A stretch of DNA of 52,842 nucleotides from assembly GCA_020035195.1 (NCBI GenBank), contig JAIQBT010000064.1, positions 1 to 52,842 of the forward strand. Reading direction: 5' to 3'. Source of the stretch: Methylotenera sp. GTDB lineage: Bacteria > Pseudomonadota > Gammaproteobacteria > Burkholderiales > Methylophilaceae. The position numbers and the translations under genes were made by a program. Numbering within the stretch: the stretch's first letter is position 1; every line of letters begins with the position of its first letter. Under the pieces are notes generated by a model. It saw only the letters and a list, made by a program, of their open reading frames with translations, did not search any database and had not been told where the DNA came from. Positions 1 through 10,664 of this stretch are shown here, piece by piece.

Positions 1-718
1 CTTCCATGCTATCCACGCCGTTTACCGGCGCCTGATCGCTCACATAGACAGCAATCTTGCAACCTTGCTGCAAGGCTCGCAGTTGCTCCAACCCCTCCAT
101 CCTTTCCAATGAGGCCGCAGGCAGACTGGCGAACTGTTTTAAAAACTTAACCCTATACGCGTAAATGCCAACATGCCTGTATGCACTTACGAAGTTTTTT
201 GCGGCATCGCTTGCGGCATTTCTATTATAAGGAATGGGCGAACGGCTAAAGTACATGGCATGACCTAGATCATCCAGCACCACTTTGACCACATTGGGAT
301 TTTGGAAATCGGCCAGTGAGGTAATGGCATAGCAAGCCGTGGCCATCACTGCCGCACCATCGTCATTTAATTTTGCCGCCACCTTGGCTATCAAGTCCGG
401 CACTATCAAGGGCTCATCACCCTGAACGTTGACCACTATGGCATCATCCGCCCAGCCTTGTTGCGTGGCGACTTCCGCAATCCGATCGGTACCGCTAACA
501 TGCTCAGTTTTAGTCATGCAAGCCGCAAAGCCGTGATCATTAACTGCCTGCAGAATTCGCTGGTCATCGGTGGCAACCATCACCTGCGTCGCCCCACTTA
601 GTTTGGCGCGCTCAGCGACTCTAACCACCATGGGCTTGCCAGCAATATCAAGCAACGCTTTCCCTGGCAACCTAGCACTGTCATAGCGAGCTGGAATAAG
701 CACAAAAAAATTCGGCAC
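1..718 (-). CDS. kdsB: 3-deoxy-manno-octulosonate cytidylyltransferase (3' end runs off window)
   Basis: Not in ORF track. Manual translation from GTG at 718: VPNFFVLIPARYDSARLPGKALLDIAGKPMVVRVAERA...VNVQGDEP...LEQLRAL...GVDS. Follows lpxK-ycaR. Confidence 0.95.
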   Translation of the reverse strand, partial: MPNFFVLIPARYDSARLPGKALLDIAGKPMVVRVAERAKLSGATQVMVATDDQRILQAVNDHGFAACMTKTEHVSGTDRIAEVATQQGWADDAIVVNVQGDEPLIVPDLIAKVAAKLNDDGAAVMATACYAITSLADFQNPNVVKVVLDDLGHAMYFSRSPIPYNRNAASDAAKNFVSAYRHVGIYAYRVKFLKQFASLPAASLERMEGLEQLRALQQGCKIAVYVSDQAPVNGVDSME

Positions 719-737
719 TTTTAAACCGCCAAGCACA

Positions 738-920
738 CTACTCAACCGCTTCGTCATCCGTTAATTTGCGCGCTTCTTCTTCCAGCAAAACAGGAATGCC
801 GTCTTTAATTGGATAAGCCAGCTTTGCCGATTTTGAAATAAGCTCATTCGCCGTCTTATTGTAAATCAGCGGCCCCTTGGTCACGGGACAAACTAAAATC
901 TGTAACAACTTGGCATCCAT
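738..920 (-). CDS. ycaR: Trm112-like / UPF0434 protein YcaR
   Basis: [14 protein letters not shown]...[16 protein letters not shown]; canonical position between lpxK and kdsB. Confidence 0.93.
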   Translation of the reverse strand: MDAKLLQILVCPVTKGPLIYNKTANELISKSAKLAYPIKDGIPVLLEEEARKLTDDEAVE

Positions 921-921
921 A

Positions 922-1932
922 TCAACTTCTCAACTTTTGTAATATATAGGAAATAAAATTTACGTCAGGCGCACTACTCAGCGAGGCACTTACAGGTAAG
1001 TACCAGGCATCCAGGACAGAAAATTCTGCGCACTTTACCGCATCTTTTTCCGTCATCAATACGGTCTTACCCGAATGCTGCGCCAACTCTTCTGCACTAA
1101 AATTATAGTGATCCGGGTAGGCTTTAGGCTCAAATTGTAGCCCTAAAGCGCTGAGTTGATCAAAATAACGTTGCGGGTTAGCTATGCCAGCGATGGCCAC
1201 CATGGGCTTGCCAACAAAGTCACATGCTAAGCGCGGCATTTGCGCACCGCCTAAAGAATAAAAGCGGTTACCAAGCAAGCGCATAGAAAACCAGGGCAAG
1301 GACAATCCGTCGGGAAGATCAGCAGCCTGGTCGCCGGTTATTACCACCGCATCAACATGCTTTAGCCTAGATACGCTTTCGCGCAAAGGACCTGCGGGCA
1401 AAAAACGGTGGTTACCAAACTTAGCGCTGGCATCGACCATGACCAGCTCCACATCTCGCTGCAGCGCGTAATGTTGCAAGCCATCATCGCTGATGATCAC
1501 ATCGCACTGAGGATTAGCCTGCAATAAAGCCAGCCCGACCTGCACTTTGTTTGCCCCAATAAACACCGGGCAAGCCGTTCGCTTTGCTATTAATACCGGC
1601 TCATCACCAACCAAACCAGGATTGCTGTGAGCAAACACCGGCGTGGGCAATTTCAGCTTACCGCCGTAACCGCGACTGATGATGCCAGGTTTAAATCCAG
1701 CAGTTTGCAATTGCTCAGCCAAGTAAATCACCATAGGTGTTTTACCCGTGCCACCCAGCGTGATGTTGCCAACCACAATCAGCGGCACGCTTAAGCGAGT
1801 GCTTTTTAGCCAACCATGCCTATACAAGGCTTTTCTTATAGCAAGCAGCCCCATAAAAAGCATAGCCAGCGGCGCCAAAACGACCTGCCAAGGCGATCCA
1901 GCACGCCATTGCTTTTGCAAGTAATGCTTCAT
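922..1932 (-). CDS. lpxK: tetraacyldisaccharide 4'-kinase
   Basis: [15 protein letters not shown]-loop, [28 protein letters not shown]. Confidence 0.96.
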   Translation of the reverse strand: MKHYLQKQWRAGSPWQVVLAPLAMLFMGLLAIRKALYRHGWLKSTRLSVPLIVVGNITLGGTGKTPMVIYLAEQLQTAGFKPGIISRGYGGKLKLPTPVFAHSNPGLVGDEPVLIAKRTACPVFIGANKVQVGLALLQANPQCDVIISDDGLQHYALQRDVELVMVDASAKFGNHRFLPAGPLRESVSRLKHVDAVVITGDQAADLPDGLSLPWFSMRLLGNRFYSLGGAQMPRLACDFVGKPMVAIAGIANPQRYFDQLSALGLQFEPKAYPDHYNFSAEELAQHSGKTVLMTEKDAVKCAEFSVLDAWYLPVSASLSSAPDVNFISYILQKLRS

Positions 1933-1954
1933 TTAAGGCAGGACAGAATCATGG

Positions 1955-3691
1955 TTAAACCTGCGTAGCAAACTGTTTTTGATACAGCTTGGCATAATGA
2001 CCGGCTTGTTTTAGCAAGGCTTGGTGCGTGCCACTTTCAACAACCTCACCCTGCTCCATCACCATAATCCGATCGGCATTTTCTATGGTGCTTAAACGGT
2101 GGGCGATGACTATGCTGGTGCGGTTCTGCATCAAACTGTCCAAGGCTTGCTGAACATGCTGCTCGGACTCCCCGTCTAAAGCTGACGTTGCTTCATCCAA
2201 GAGCAATATAGGCGCATTCTTCAAAATAGCTCTAGCAATAGCGATACGCTGGCGTTGACCGCCGGACAATTGCAACCCACGGTCGCCTAGCTCTTGCTGC
2301 AAACCATTCGGCAGCTGCTGGATAAACTCCCATGCGTGCGCTGCTTTAGCAGCTTCAATGACGTCTTGTTCGCTGGCATTGCCTAACATGCCATAGGCGA
2401 TGTTGTTAAATACAGTGTCGTTAAACAAAATAACGTCCTGACTCACCAATGAGAATTGCTGACGTAAATCAGCCAATGCCAAATCACGCATGTCCAACCC
2501 ATCTAACAAGACTTGTCCTTGCTGCAATTCATAAAACCTAGGCAGCAAATTAATTAAACTGGTTTTTCCGCCACCTGAACGTCCGACTAAGGCCAAACGC
2601 TCACCAGGCTTGATGGTAAAGCTGATTTGATTTAAAGCAGGCCGCTTAGTATTTGGATAAGCCAATCGCACTTGCTTAAACTCGATCTCGCCTTTAGTGC
2701 GCAAAGGCACAGCCCTACCACCATCGTATTCGGCGTCCAGGTCAATCAAGGCAAACACACTGTGAGCAGCTGCCAAAGCGACTTGCACATCTTCGTTCAT
2801 GGCCGTTAAATTTTTAATGGGCGCGATTAGCATCAACAAGGCACCAACAAATGCGGCAAATTCACCGGCGCTGAATTTTCCTATGGCATAATAAACTACT
2901 AGCCCCAAGGCCACGGCGGCCAAAAGCTCAACCACCATGCTATTCAATCCGGACAATCGGGCTAAGCGCGTTTGCAAGCGCCTGTTGTTCATCACCACTT
3001 TAGCGTAACGCTCATTTTCATAGTCTTGCCCGGCAAATATTTTAACAATACGCTGACCTGCGATGGCTTCTTGAGCCACTTGAGTCATTTCACCTAAGCT
3101 GGACTGGGCCTCTCTACCGGCATCCCGCAACTGTGGCGACATGGCTTTTAAATACCAAGCCATGAGGGGGGCTAACAAAACAAAAATGAGCGTGAGTTGC
3201 CAATCCAAATAAAGCATATAGGCCATAATGCCTATGGCAGTGAGGCTATCCCTAACGATAGTCAGAGTGGATTTAGTGGCTGCACTGGCCATTTGCTCGA
3301 CATCGTTAACCAACTTCGACACCAGCTTGCCATTCGCTTGCTGATCATAAAATCCAAGCGGCAAACGCATGAGTTGCCGGAACACATCCAAACGGACGTC
3401 TGCCACCACTCGTCGTGCTAGCCAGCGCATGGAGAAATTTGAGGCAAAGCCAGTAAGCGCGCGCAAGGCTAACAATGCAAACAGCATGACGGGCAAGTAA
3501 GCGGCTTTATTGGCCGATTGCTGAACGAAACCTTCGTCGGTGACTTGTTTAATGATGGCTAAAAAAGCCGTGTTGCTGAAGGCCAGCAGCATGAGGGCCA
3601 CAACGCCTAGTAGACATACCGCAAGGTACTGACGGGCGTAAGCCCAAAAGCGCAAGAAAAGATTTTTTGAGTTTGCCACTGCCGTTGCCAT
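1955..3691 (-). CDS. msbA: lipid A export ABC transporter MsbA
   Basis: TMD plus NBD (GRSGGGKT, LSGGQRQR, LLLDEATSALD); directly upstream of lpxK. Confidence 0.93.
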   Translation of the reverse strand: MATAVANSKNLFLRFWAYARQYLAVCLLGVVALMLLAFSNTAFLAIIKQVTDEGFVQQSANKAAYLPVMLFALLALRALTGFASNFSMRWLARRVVADVRLDVFRQLMRLPLGFYDQQANGKLVSKLVNDVEQMASAATKSTLTIVRDSLTAIGIMAYMLYLDWQLTLIFVLLAPLMAWYLKAMSPQLRDAGREAQSSLGEMTQVAQEAIAGQRIVKIFAGQDYENERYAKVVMNNRRLQTRLARLSGLNSMVVELLAAVALGLVVYYAIGKFSAGEFAAFVGALLMLIAPIKNLTAMNEDVQVALAAAHSVFALIDLDAEYDGGRAVPLRTKGEIEFKQVRLAYPNTKRPALNQISFTIKPGERLALVGRSGGGKTSLINLLPRFYELQQGQVLLDGLDMRDLALADLRQQFSLVSQDVILFNDTVFNNIAYGMLGNASEQDVIEAAKAAHAWEFIQQLPNGLQQELGDRGLQLSGGQRQRIAIARAILKNAPILLLDEATSALDGESEQHVQQALDSLMQNRTSIVIAHRLSTIENADRIMVMEQGEVVESGTHQALLKQAGHYAKLYQKQFATQV

Positions 3692-3783
3692 TACGTCCTT
3701 AGGAAAGAATTTGGCGCAACATAAACCGATCTAAAAATTCAAGCATCACCGCATTAGGGCATCGAATTTTCAAGCGGGGTTAT

Positions 3784-4206
3784 TTAAAAGCTGGCTTTGG
3801 ATTGCGTCGCAAAAGTGATGTGCGTGTAGCCGACCGTGCGGGAAGCTTCCATGACGTCCACCACAGACTGGTGTGTGCTCTTGGCATCGGCATTAATGAT
3901 AATAGTAGGTTCTTTTCCGCCGTTTGCTGCCTCCTGCAAGGCTGTAGCAATACCTGAAACACTTACATCGGACAAGCTTTTACCATTCACCACGTATTTA
4001 CCGCTGGCGTCCACACCCACCTCTATGGTTAAGGGTTTTTCCTGCGGCACATTGGCTTGAGCCGTTGGCAAATTGATTTGCAATTCGCTGGTACGCGAAA
4101 ACGTGGCGCTTACCACCAAGAAAATAATAATGACGAGCAGCACATCTATTAATGGCACGAGATTCATCTCTAGGTCTTCGTGCCGCTTTCCACGTTGAAA
4201 ATTCAT
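3784..4206 (-). CDS. exbD: ExbD/TolR family biopolymer transport protein
   Basis: MNLVPLIDVLLVIIIFLVV TM motif, IINADA...VVDVM. Confidence 0.9.
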   Translation of the reverse strand: MNFQRGKRHEDLEMNLVPLIDVLLVIIIFLVVSATFSRTSELQINLPTAQANVPQEKPLTIEVGVDASGKYVVNGKSLSDVSVSGIATALQEAANGGKEPTIIINADAKSTHQSVVDVMEASRTVGYTHITFATQSKASF

Positions 4207-4226
4207 GTTGTATCCCTGTAGCGCAA

Positions 4227-4832
4227 TTACTTGCGTTGACCGTGGATGATTTCCACCAACCTAATCGCTTGTTGCTCCATACCCACTAGCAAATCATCGA
4301 CTTGTGAACGGAAATAACGGTAAGCCACCATGGCTGGCACAGCGACAACAATACCTGCGGCCGTGTTGTATAAAGCCACAGAAATGCCACGTGCAAATTG
4401 GGCAATGTCATGGCCGCTGCTAGTAAATGCGCCGAACAATTCCACCATACCAATAACGGTACCCAATAAACCAAGCAATGGCGCTACCGTAGCAATCGTA
4501 CCTAGGGTAGATAAATAACGCTCCAAATCATGCGCAACCGCGCGGCCGGATTCCTCGATCGCCTCTTTCGTCACTTCACGGCTGTGATCCGCATTGCTTA
4601 AGGCACTGGCGAACAATCGACCCAGCATGGAATGCTGCTCCAACCTAGAGATGGTCTCTTTGGTAACACCGCCTTTGGCTAACCAAACCTGCACTTCTGG
4701 TAACAAATTTGCTGGTGCAACCGCGCTTTCACGCAACACAAAGGCGCGCTCACCTATGATGGCCAAGGCAATGACTGATGCAATAATTAATGGCCAAATT
4801 GGCCAACCTGCAGCTACTATAATTTCCCACAC
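4227..4832 (-). CDS. exbB: MotA/TolQ/ExbB proton channel protein
   Basis: LGTIATVAPLLGLLGTVIGM, GISVALYNTAAGIVVAVPA. Confidence 0.9.
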   Translation of the reverse strand: MWEIIVAAGWPIWPLIIASVIALAIIGERAFVLRESAVAPANLLPEVQVWLAKGGVTKETISRLEQHSMLGRLFASALSNADHSREVTKEAIEESGRAVAHDLERYLSTLGTIATVAPLLGLLGTVIGMVELFGAFTSSGHDIAQFARGISVALYNTAAGIVVAVPAMVAYRYFRSQVDDLLVGMEQQAIRLVEIIHGQRK

Positions 4833-4962
4833 AATGCGACTCCCTTAAGTTCAGACGGTATTAATCATACCCAAAATGACTATGCGATTTATTCCTGCGA
4901 TACTTTAGCTTGTCAGGCCCGTTTGAGCAAGCTAGATGTGCAGATTCGGGCTTAAACCATAG

Positions 4963-5100
4963 CTAATAAACGTCGTGTCAATAGCGCTGATACTGCTGGC
5001 GCCATGGTAACAAATAAATAGAAGGACTAGGTGATTGTGAGACCTGGCACACCAACCAAGCGGCAAAAAAAAGCTTAATGCGGGCAAGGTCGTAGCTTAA
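4963..5100 (-). pseudogene. comEC: probable remnant of ComEC/Rec2 DNA-uptake channel gene
   Basis: Minus frame reads ...FFAAWLVCQVSQSPS...LLPWRQQYQRY*HDVY*. The end resembles the ComEC C-terminal R..RYWH tail, with TGG>TGA at 4978-4980. It lies in the lolD-[comEC]-exbB slot. Left boundary is the stop codon; right boundary is approximate. Confidence 0.55.
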
Positions 5101-5116
5101 GTAATCGATGGGGTAT

Positions 5117-5815
5117 CTACAAGGGCTGCAATTTACCATCAAGCAAGCTGTACTGCCGTTGCATTTTCTTTGCTAACTCCAGGTCATGCGTCACCACCAC
5201 CAAACTTCTCTGCTGGCTTTGATTTAAACCCAACAACAGATCGAACACGGCATGCGCCGTCTGCCTATCTAAGTTGCCGGTTGGCTCATCCGCCAATATG
5301 CATTGCGGCTCAGTAATTAATGCGCGGGCTAAGGCCGCCCTTTGCCGCTCGCCGCCGGACAACTCCCCTGGCATATGCTGCAACCTATGCTGCAAGCCGA
5401 CCTTAGCCAGCATCTCGGCAGCCAAGTCAAAAGCCTGCTCGCGTGGCATGCGTCTAATTAACAAGGGCATGGCGACATTTTCTAAGGCGGTGAATTCTCC
5501 CAAGAGATGGTGAAATTGGTAGACAAACCCCAAACTATGGTTACGCAACACGCCTTTTTGTGCTTCGCCCAATTCAGCCAGGTCTTGATTGAGTATGCGC
5601 ACTTGGCCAGCAGACGGCGTGTCCAATCCACCCAATAAATGCAACAGAGTGCTTTTACCCGAGCCTGAGCTACCCACGATGGCAATCTGGTCGCCGACAT
5701 TTACCACCAGGTCTATGCCGTTTAAGACAGCGACGTCTAAGCCTTGGTAAGTTTTATGCAGACCAGTGCAAGCGACAACATTGCTGGAGAATAAGGACGG
5801 CGCAGAGTTATTCAT
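5117..5815 (-). CDS. lolD: lipoprotein-releasing ABC transporter ATPase
   Basis: [46 protein letters not shown]. Start moved to ATG 5815, overlapping the lolC stop. Confidence 0.95.
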   Translation of the reverse strand: MNNSAPSLFSSNVVACTGLHKTYQGLDVAVLNGIDLVVNVGDQIAIVGSSGSGKSTLLHLLGGLDTPSAGQVRILNQDLAELGEAQKGVLRNHSLGFVYQFHHLLGEFTALENVAMPLLIRRMPREQAFDLAAEMLAKVGLQHRLQHMPGELSGGERQRAALARALITEPQCILADEPTGNLDRQTAHAVFDLLLGLNQSQQRSLVVVTHDLELAKKMQRQYSLLDGKLQPL

Positions 5816-7103
5816 AGCGCAAGGCCTCCGCAGGATTAATCTTGCTGGCACGCCAACTTGGGTAAAGCGTGGCTATCAAACTTAAAGCGAAGGACATCAA
5901 TACGATAACCAGCACATCGCCCCAAATCAAGTCTGAAGGCAGCTCACTGATGGCATAAACTTCCTTGGATAAAAACTGCACATGAAATAGGTTTTCAATA
6001 AAGGGAATGATGCTGCTTATATTGAGCGCAATCAGCACCCCAAACACCGCACCCAAGAGCGTGCCAACCAAGCCAATTAAGGCGCCTTGTATGATAAAAA
6101 TGCATAGTATGCTGCTTGGACTGGCGCCCAAGGTGCGCATGATGGCAATGTCTGCACGCTTATCCGTTACCGCCATGACCAAAGTGGAGACGATATTAAA
6201 AGCCGCCACAGCCACGATTAAAGTCAGGATGATGAACATGACCCGCTTTTCCATCTGCACGGCCTTAAAAAAGTTAGCGTGCTGTTGGGTCCAGTCGCTA
6301 ACGTAATACTGCTCACTGGCACTCGAACGGTTATTAAGCAGGTTCGCCAGCGATGCACCTATGGTTGGCGCGTCAAACAAATCGTCCAGCTTTAATCGCA
6401 CCCCGGACACGCGCTCGCCCATGCGATATAACTTAGCCGCATCGTCTAGGTAGATCAAAGCCAAGCCGGCATCGTATTCATACATGCCCACTTGAAACAA
6501 ACCAACAAGCGTAAATTGCTTTAGCCGTGGGACTATACCGGCAGGTGTAAATTGCCCTTGGGGTGCCATCAGCAAGACTTTGTCGCCTACTTGCACACCT
6601 AAGTTATAGGCCAAATCCGCGCCCAAAATAATGCCGAACTCACCGGCTTTTAGGTCAGTTAATTGCCCCACTTTCATATTGCGGCCTAAATCCGCCACTG
6701 CATCTTCGGCATTGGGCAACACCCCTCTAATTACTGCCCCCTGCACCCCTTGATCGTAACTAAGCATCCCCTGCGCCATAATGTAAGGTGCAGCAGCTAA
6801 TACATGCTCTTGCTTGATGGAAAAATTAAGCACCTGTTGCCAATCGCTAAGCTGATTATTTTGCCCGCTTATTTCCAAATGCGACGCCACCCCTAAAATA
6901 CGGCTACGCAACTCTTTTTGAAAACCATTCATCACCGACAGCACGACGATTAGCGCCGCCACGCCCAGCGCTATGCCTACCATGCTGGTTAATGAGATAA
7001 ATGAGATGAAATGATTTTTCCGCTTAGCGCGCGTGTAACGTAGCCCGACCAAGAGCTCGTAGCCAGAAAATTGCTTAACGATTGATTTTAATTTTTCCCA
7101 CAT
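5808..7103 (-). CDS. lolC: lipoprotein-releasing ABC transporter permease (single LolC/E, LolF-type)
   Basis: [70 protein letters not shown]; start probably ATG 7103. Confidence 0.93.
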   Translation of the reverse strand: MWEKLKSIVKQFSGYELLVGLRYTRAKRKNHFISFISLTSMVGIALGVAALIVVLSVMNGFQKELRSRILGVASHLEISGQNNQLSDWQQVLNFSIKQEHVLAAAPYIMAQGMLSYDQGVQGAVIRGVLPNAEDAVADLGRNMKVGQLTDLKAGEFGIILGADLAYNLGVQVGDKVLLMAPQGQFTPAGIVPRLKQFTLVGLFQVGMYEYDAGLALIYLDDAAKLYRMGERVSGVRLKLDDLFDAPTIGASLANLLNNRSSASEQYYVSDWTQQHANFFKAVQMEKRVMFIILTLIVAVAAFNIVSTLVMAVTDKRADIAIMRTLGASPSSILCIFIIQGALIGLVGTLLGAVFGVLIALNISSIIPFIENLFHVQFLSKEVYAISELPSDLIWGDVLVIVLMSFALSLIATLYPSWRASKINPAEALRYE

Positions 7104-7197
7104 AAGTGAAATTCTAACAGGCTTATGCCAGCGCTTATCAAGTATTGTATAGGCAAGCAATGAGCCCAAGCTGGGCTAAGTCTGATAAAATCAGCGC

Positions 7198-7791
7198 ATG
7201 TTCACCGGCATCATACAAAGCGTAGGTAAAATCGAAAGCGCACTAGCCATAGGCTCGGACCTAAAGCTTAGAATCGCTTGCGCAGAATTAGGCATGGACG
7301 ACGTTCGAATCGGTGACAGCATTGCAGTTAACGGCGTCTGCCTAACGGCAACCTTGGTAAGCGACCGCCATTTTGAAGCCCACGTTTCACAAGCCAGCTT
7401 AGCCGTGACGGTTGGCTTAAGCCAACCGCAAGCGGTTAACCTAGAAAAAGCCTTACGCCTAAGCGACCGCTTGGGCGGGCATTTGGTCAGCGGCCATGTG
7501 GATGCCGTGGCCAGTGTCGTAGCGTTTGAGCAAGTCGGCGAGTGCTGGGCATTAGCCATACGCGCGCCACACGCCATCACTAAGTACATAGCCCTCAAAG
7601 GTTCAATTGCTGTCAATGGCGTAAGCTTGACCATCAATAGCATAGCGCAGGACGTGTTTAGCGTTAACCTGATTCCACACACGGTGGAAAACACCACTTT
7701 GCAATTTCTAACAGTGGGCAGCTTGGTGAATTTGGAAGTGGATCAAATTGCCCGCCATGTCGATCGCATGGCGCAGTGGGCAAAAGAATAA
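7198..7791 (+). CDS. ribC: riboflavin synthase (alpha chain)
   Basis: MFTGII N-terminus, GDSIAVNGVCLT, GGHLVSGHVD, VNLEVD. Confidence 0.96.
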   Translation: MFTGIIQSVGKIESALAIGSDLKLRIACAELGMDDVRIGDSIAVNGVCLTATLVSDRHFEAHVSQASLAVTVGLSQPQAVNLEKALRLSDRLGGHLVSGHVDAVASVVAFEQVGECWALAIRAPHAITKYIALKGSIAVNGVSLTINSIAQDVFSVNLIPHTVENTTLQFLTVGSLVNLEVDQIARHVDRMAQWAKE

Positions 7792-7846
7792 TTAATGTTT
7801 AAGCCGGCAGGCTAACAACCTCAATACAGCCATTGGATAAAGCATC

Positions 7847-8932
7847 GTGACCATAAGCAGCGCCCAAGAAATTATTGCAGAAATCAAACACGGCCGCATG
7901 GTGGTCTTAGTCGATGATGAAAATCGCGAAAACGAAGGCGACTTGGTATTGGCGGCAGAATTTGTCACGGCCGAGCACATCAACTTTATGGCCAAATACG
8001 GCCGCGGACTGATTTGCCTTACGCTCACCGAAGCGCGTTGCCGGCAATTAAGCCTCACTAAAATGGTGCAGAAAAATGGCGCTCGCATGGGCACCAATTT
8101 CACCGTTTCTATAGAGGCCGCCGAAGGCGTGACTACAGGCATCTCCGCGGCTGACCGGGCACGTACCGTGCAAGCGGCGGTGGCAAAAATGGCTAAGCCT
8201 AAAGACATTGTTAGCCCAGGTCACATTTTCCCTTTAACCGCCATGGACGGCGGCGTGCTTGTGCGTGCAGGCCACACGGAAGCCGGTTGCGATTTAGCCC
8301 AATTGGCCGGCTCCGAGCCCAGCAGTGTGATTTGTGAGATTTTAAAAGACGACGGCAGCATGGCTCGCCTGCCTGACCTGATGGCTTTTGCAGCCGAACA
8401 CCAGCTTAAAATTGGCACCATTGCCGACCTCATTCAATACCGCGCGCAAACCGAGCGCTTGGTTGAAAGAGTTGCAGAACGCTTAGTCCAAACGCCTTAT
8501 GGCCCCATGCAGTTGATCGCCTATCACGATAAAATTGCTAAAGAAACGCATCTAGCCCTGATCAAAGGCACGCCCACGCCTGGCCAAGAAACCTTGGTTC
8601 GCGTGCACGAGCCACTGTCGATTTTTGATTTGCTTGATAGATCCAGTTGTTCGCACAGTTGGAATACCCTGGCCGCCATGCAAGTCATTGCCCAAGCCGA
8701 CGCTGGGGTGATGATCTTATTGCATCACCAAGAAAGCGGCGAAACCATAGTGGAACGCATACTGGGAGCCGATCAGCCGGTTCGTATCAACCAAGAATTA
8801 CGCACTTACGGCATAGGCTCGCAAATTTTGTTGGATTGCGGAGTGGGCAAAATGAAATTAATGGCTAATCCACGAAAAATGCCTAGCATGGCCGGGTTTG
8901 GCCTGGAAGTCAGCGGTTATTTAGAGGCATAA
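7847..8932 (+). CDS. ribB: DHBP synthase fused to degenerate GTP cyclohydrolase II domain (RibBA/RibBX)
   Basis: DDENRENEGDL, GISAADR, RAGHTEA. C-domain RVHEPL lacks the Zn-binding Cys triad. Confidence 0.92.
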   Translation: MTISSAQEIIAEIKHGRMVVLVDDENRENEGDLVLAAEFVTAEHINFMAKYGRGLICLTLTEARCRQLSLTKMVQKNGARMGTNFTVSIEAAEGVTTGISAADRARTVQAAVAKMAKPKDIVSPGHIFPLTAMDGGVLVRAGHTEAGCDLAQLAGSEPSSVICEILKDDGSMARLPDLMAFAAEHQLKIGTIADLIQYRAQTERLVERVAERLVQTPYGPMQLIAYHDKIAKETHLALIKGTPTPGQETLVRVHEPLSIFDLLDRSSCSHSWNTLAAMQVIAQADAGVMILLHHQESGETIVERILGADQPVRINQELRTYGIGSQILLDCGVGKMKLMANPRKMPSMAGFGLEVSGYLEA

Positions 8933-8982
8933 TAAAGCATTATTAGCATTAATTTCTATAAAAATCAGTTAGCTATGGTAGA

Positions 8983-9567
8983 ATGAGCACATTGGAAAAC
9001 GTTAATCTCACAGGTCACTTCCTCATCGCCATGCCAGGCATGACGGATCCATTTTTTTCTAAGTCAGTCACCTTCATCTGCACCCACAATCAAGATGGCG
9101 CCATGGGCGTCATGATTAATCGACCAACAGACCTCACCTACGAAACCTTGTTTGAAAAAATAAAAGTTGATCTAGCCGATAGCGAGGTCGCGCTTAATCC
9201 TGTGCTCTATGGTGGGCCGGTTCAGCCCGAACGAGGCTTTGTCTTGCATGAGCACAGCGGCGAATGGGATAGCACCATAGCCATTGCAGAAAACACCGCT
9301 CTAACCACCTCAAAAGACATCTTAGAATCGGTTGCTATAGGCGCTGGACCTAAAAAAATGTTGCTGGCATTAGGTTACGCCGGGTGGACCGCTGGGCAAT
9401 TGGAAGAAGAAATAGCAGCAAACGCATGGCTGTCCGTGCAAGCCAAAGACAGTGAAACACTGCATAAAATTTTGTACGACACCAAGGCCGAGGACAAGCT
9501 CAATGCAAGCCTGGCCTTACTGGGTGTCAACCCAGCCATGTTGTCTGATGTGGCAGGCCACGCCTAA
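8983..9567 (+). CDS. yqgE: YqgE/AlgH family protein
   Basis: HFLIAMPGMTDPFF, GGPVQPERGFVLH, LGYAGWTAGQLEEEI, GHA end. Confidence 0.94.
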   Translation: MSTLENVNLTGHFLIAMPGMTDPFFSKSVTFICTHNQDGAMGVMINRPTDLTYETLFEKIKVDLADSEVALNPVLYGGPVQPERGFVLHEHSGEWDSTIAIAENTALTTSKDILESVAIGAGPKKMLLALGYAGWTAGQLEEEIAANAWLSVQAKDSETLHKILYDTKAEDKLNASLALLGVNPAMLSDVAGHA

Positions 9568-10061
9568 TGCTTACCGCCACCCACAGCAAAACCACAGCGC
9601 ACGGCCAACTGATAGACAATGAAAATGTTTATCTGGCAGACACGGTCTTGGCTGGCACGGCCATGTGCTTTGACTTTGGCGAACAGCGTATAGGCGTAGC
9701 GATTGGTGAACACATCGTAGCCCAAGCCCAAGCCATCACCAGCATAAGCAACGAAAGCAACAGTGTGCGTTTTAATAAGATAGCGGAACTGGTAGCAGAA
9801 TGGCAGCCATCCTTGCTCGTCGTAGGCCTGCCTTTGAACCTAGACGGGGAAGAAACGCCGGTCACGCAATTATGCAAAAAATTTGCGCGCAGACTCAATG
9901 GTCGATTTAACCTGCCCGTTATATTGATAGATGAGCGTTACAGCTCAGTGGCGGCAAGCGAGCTGCTTAAGCAAGCTGGGGTCAAAGGTCGCGCGCAAAA
10001 AATTCACTTAGATCAAATGGCCGCCCAAACCATATTACAAAGCTATTTTGACAGTATATAA
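9567..10061 (+). CDS. yqgF: pre-16S rRNA nuclease YqgF/RuvX
   Basis: FDFGEQRIGVAIG, VVGLP, DERYSS, DQMAAQTILQSY. Confidence 0.94.
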   Translation: MLTATHSKTTAHGQLIDNENVYLADTVLAGTAMCFDFGEQRIGVAIGEHIVAQAQAITSISNESNSVRFNKIAELVAEWQPSLLVVGLPLNLDGEETPVTQLCKKFARRLNGRFNLPVILIDERYSSVAASELLKQAGVKGRAQKIHLDQMAAQTILQSYFDSI

Positions 10062-10103
10062 ACATGAATTATGATACCCATAAAAATTTGACTGCCTAAG
10101 CCC

Positions 10104-10664
10104 ATGACCTCAGAACACAGCCACATACCCGACGCAGAAACGCTACTGACTATACTCGCAGAAAAGCTAAGCCCCTTGCTGCAAAAGAATACCGCATTAG
10201 TTGGCATACAAAGCGGTGGTGTTTGGGTGATGCAAAATCTGATGGCCAAGTTAGAAAAGACCATGACTGTCCATGCCATTGAATACGGCACCTTAGACGT
10301 GTCATTTTATCGAGACGACTACGCCAAACGTGGCCTCAAACCAGAAAATCAACCCAGTCAAATTCCCTTCGATGTGGAAAACAAGCACATCATTTTAATA
10401 GACGATGTATTTTATACCGGTCGCACTACCCGTGCCGCCATGAATGAGCTGTTTGACTACGGCAGACCAGCCAGCATTACGCTGATCGCACTGGTCAATC
10501 GAGGTGGCCGTGAGCTGCCTATTAGTCCGCAAATCACGGCCCTAGAATTAAGCCTAGCCGCCACGCAAAACTTGCAATTAGTCCAGCATGCCGATGGCCG
10601 CTTAGGCTTCACCTTAAAATCGCTCACCCCTTCTAATCAACAGGCGGTCTCTAAGCATGAATAA
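10104..10664 (+). CDS. pyrR: PyrR / uracil phosphoribosyltransferase-like
   Basis: [31 protein letters not shown]; precedes pyrB. Confidence 0.93.
   Translation: MTSEHSHIPDAETLLTILAEKLSPLLQKNTALVGIQSGGVWVMQNLMAKLEKTMTVHAIEYGTLDVSFYRDDYAKRGLKPENQPSQIPFDVENKHIILIDDVFYTGRTTRAAMNELFDYGRPASITLIALVNRGGRELPISPQITALELSLAATQNLQLVQHADGRLGFTLKSLTPSNQQAVSKHE

Noticed and set aside
7191-7697. 168-aa antisense ORF, and similar shadows such as 10737-11411, 41498-42037 and 48443-49075
   Set aside because: They lie opposite well-conserved genes and carry no recognisable motifs; these are codon-bias shadow ORFs.
8590-8932. Degenerate GTP cyclohydrolase II domain of RibBA as a pseudogenisation event
   Set aside because: This RibBX architecture is widespread in proteobacteria, and the frame is intact.
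10062-10103. PyrR-binding attenuator upstream of pyrR-pyrB
   Set aside because: The spacer is only 42 nt with no terminator/antiterminator structure.
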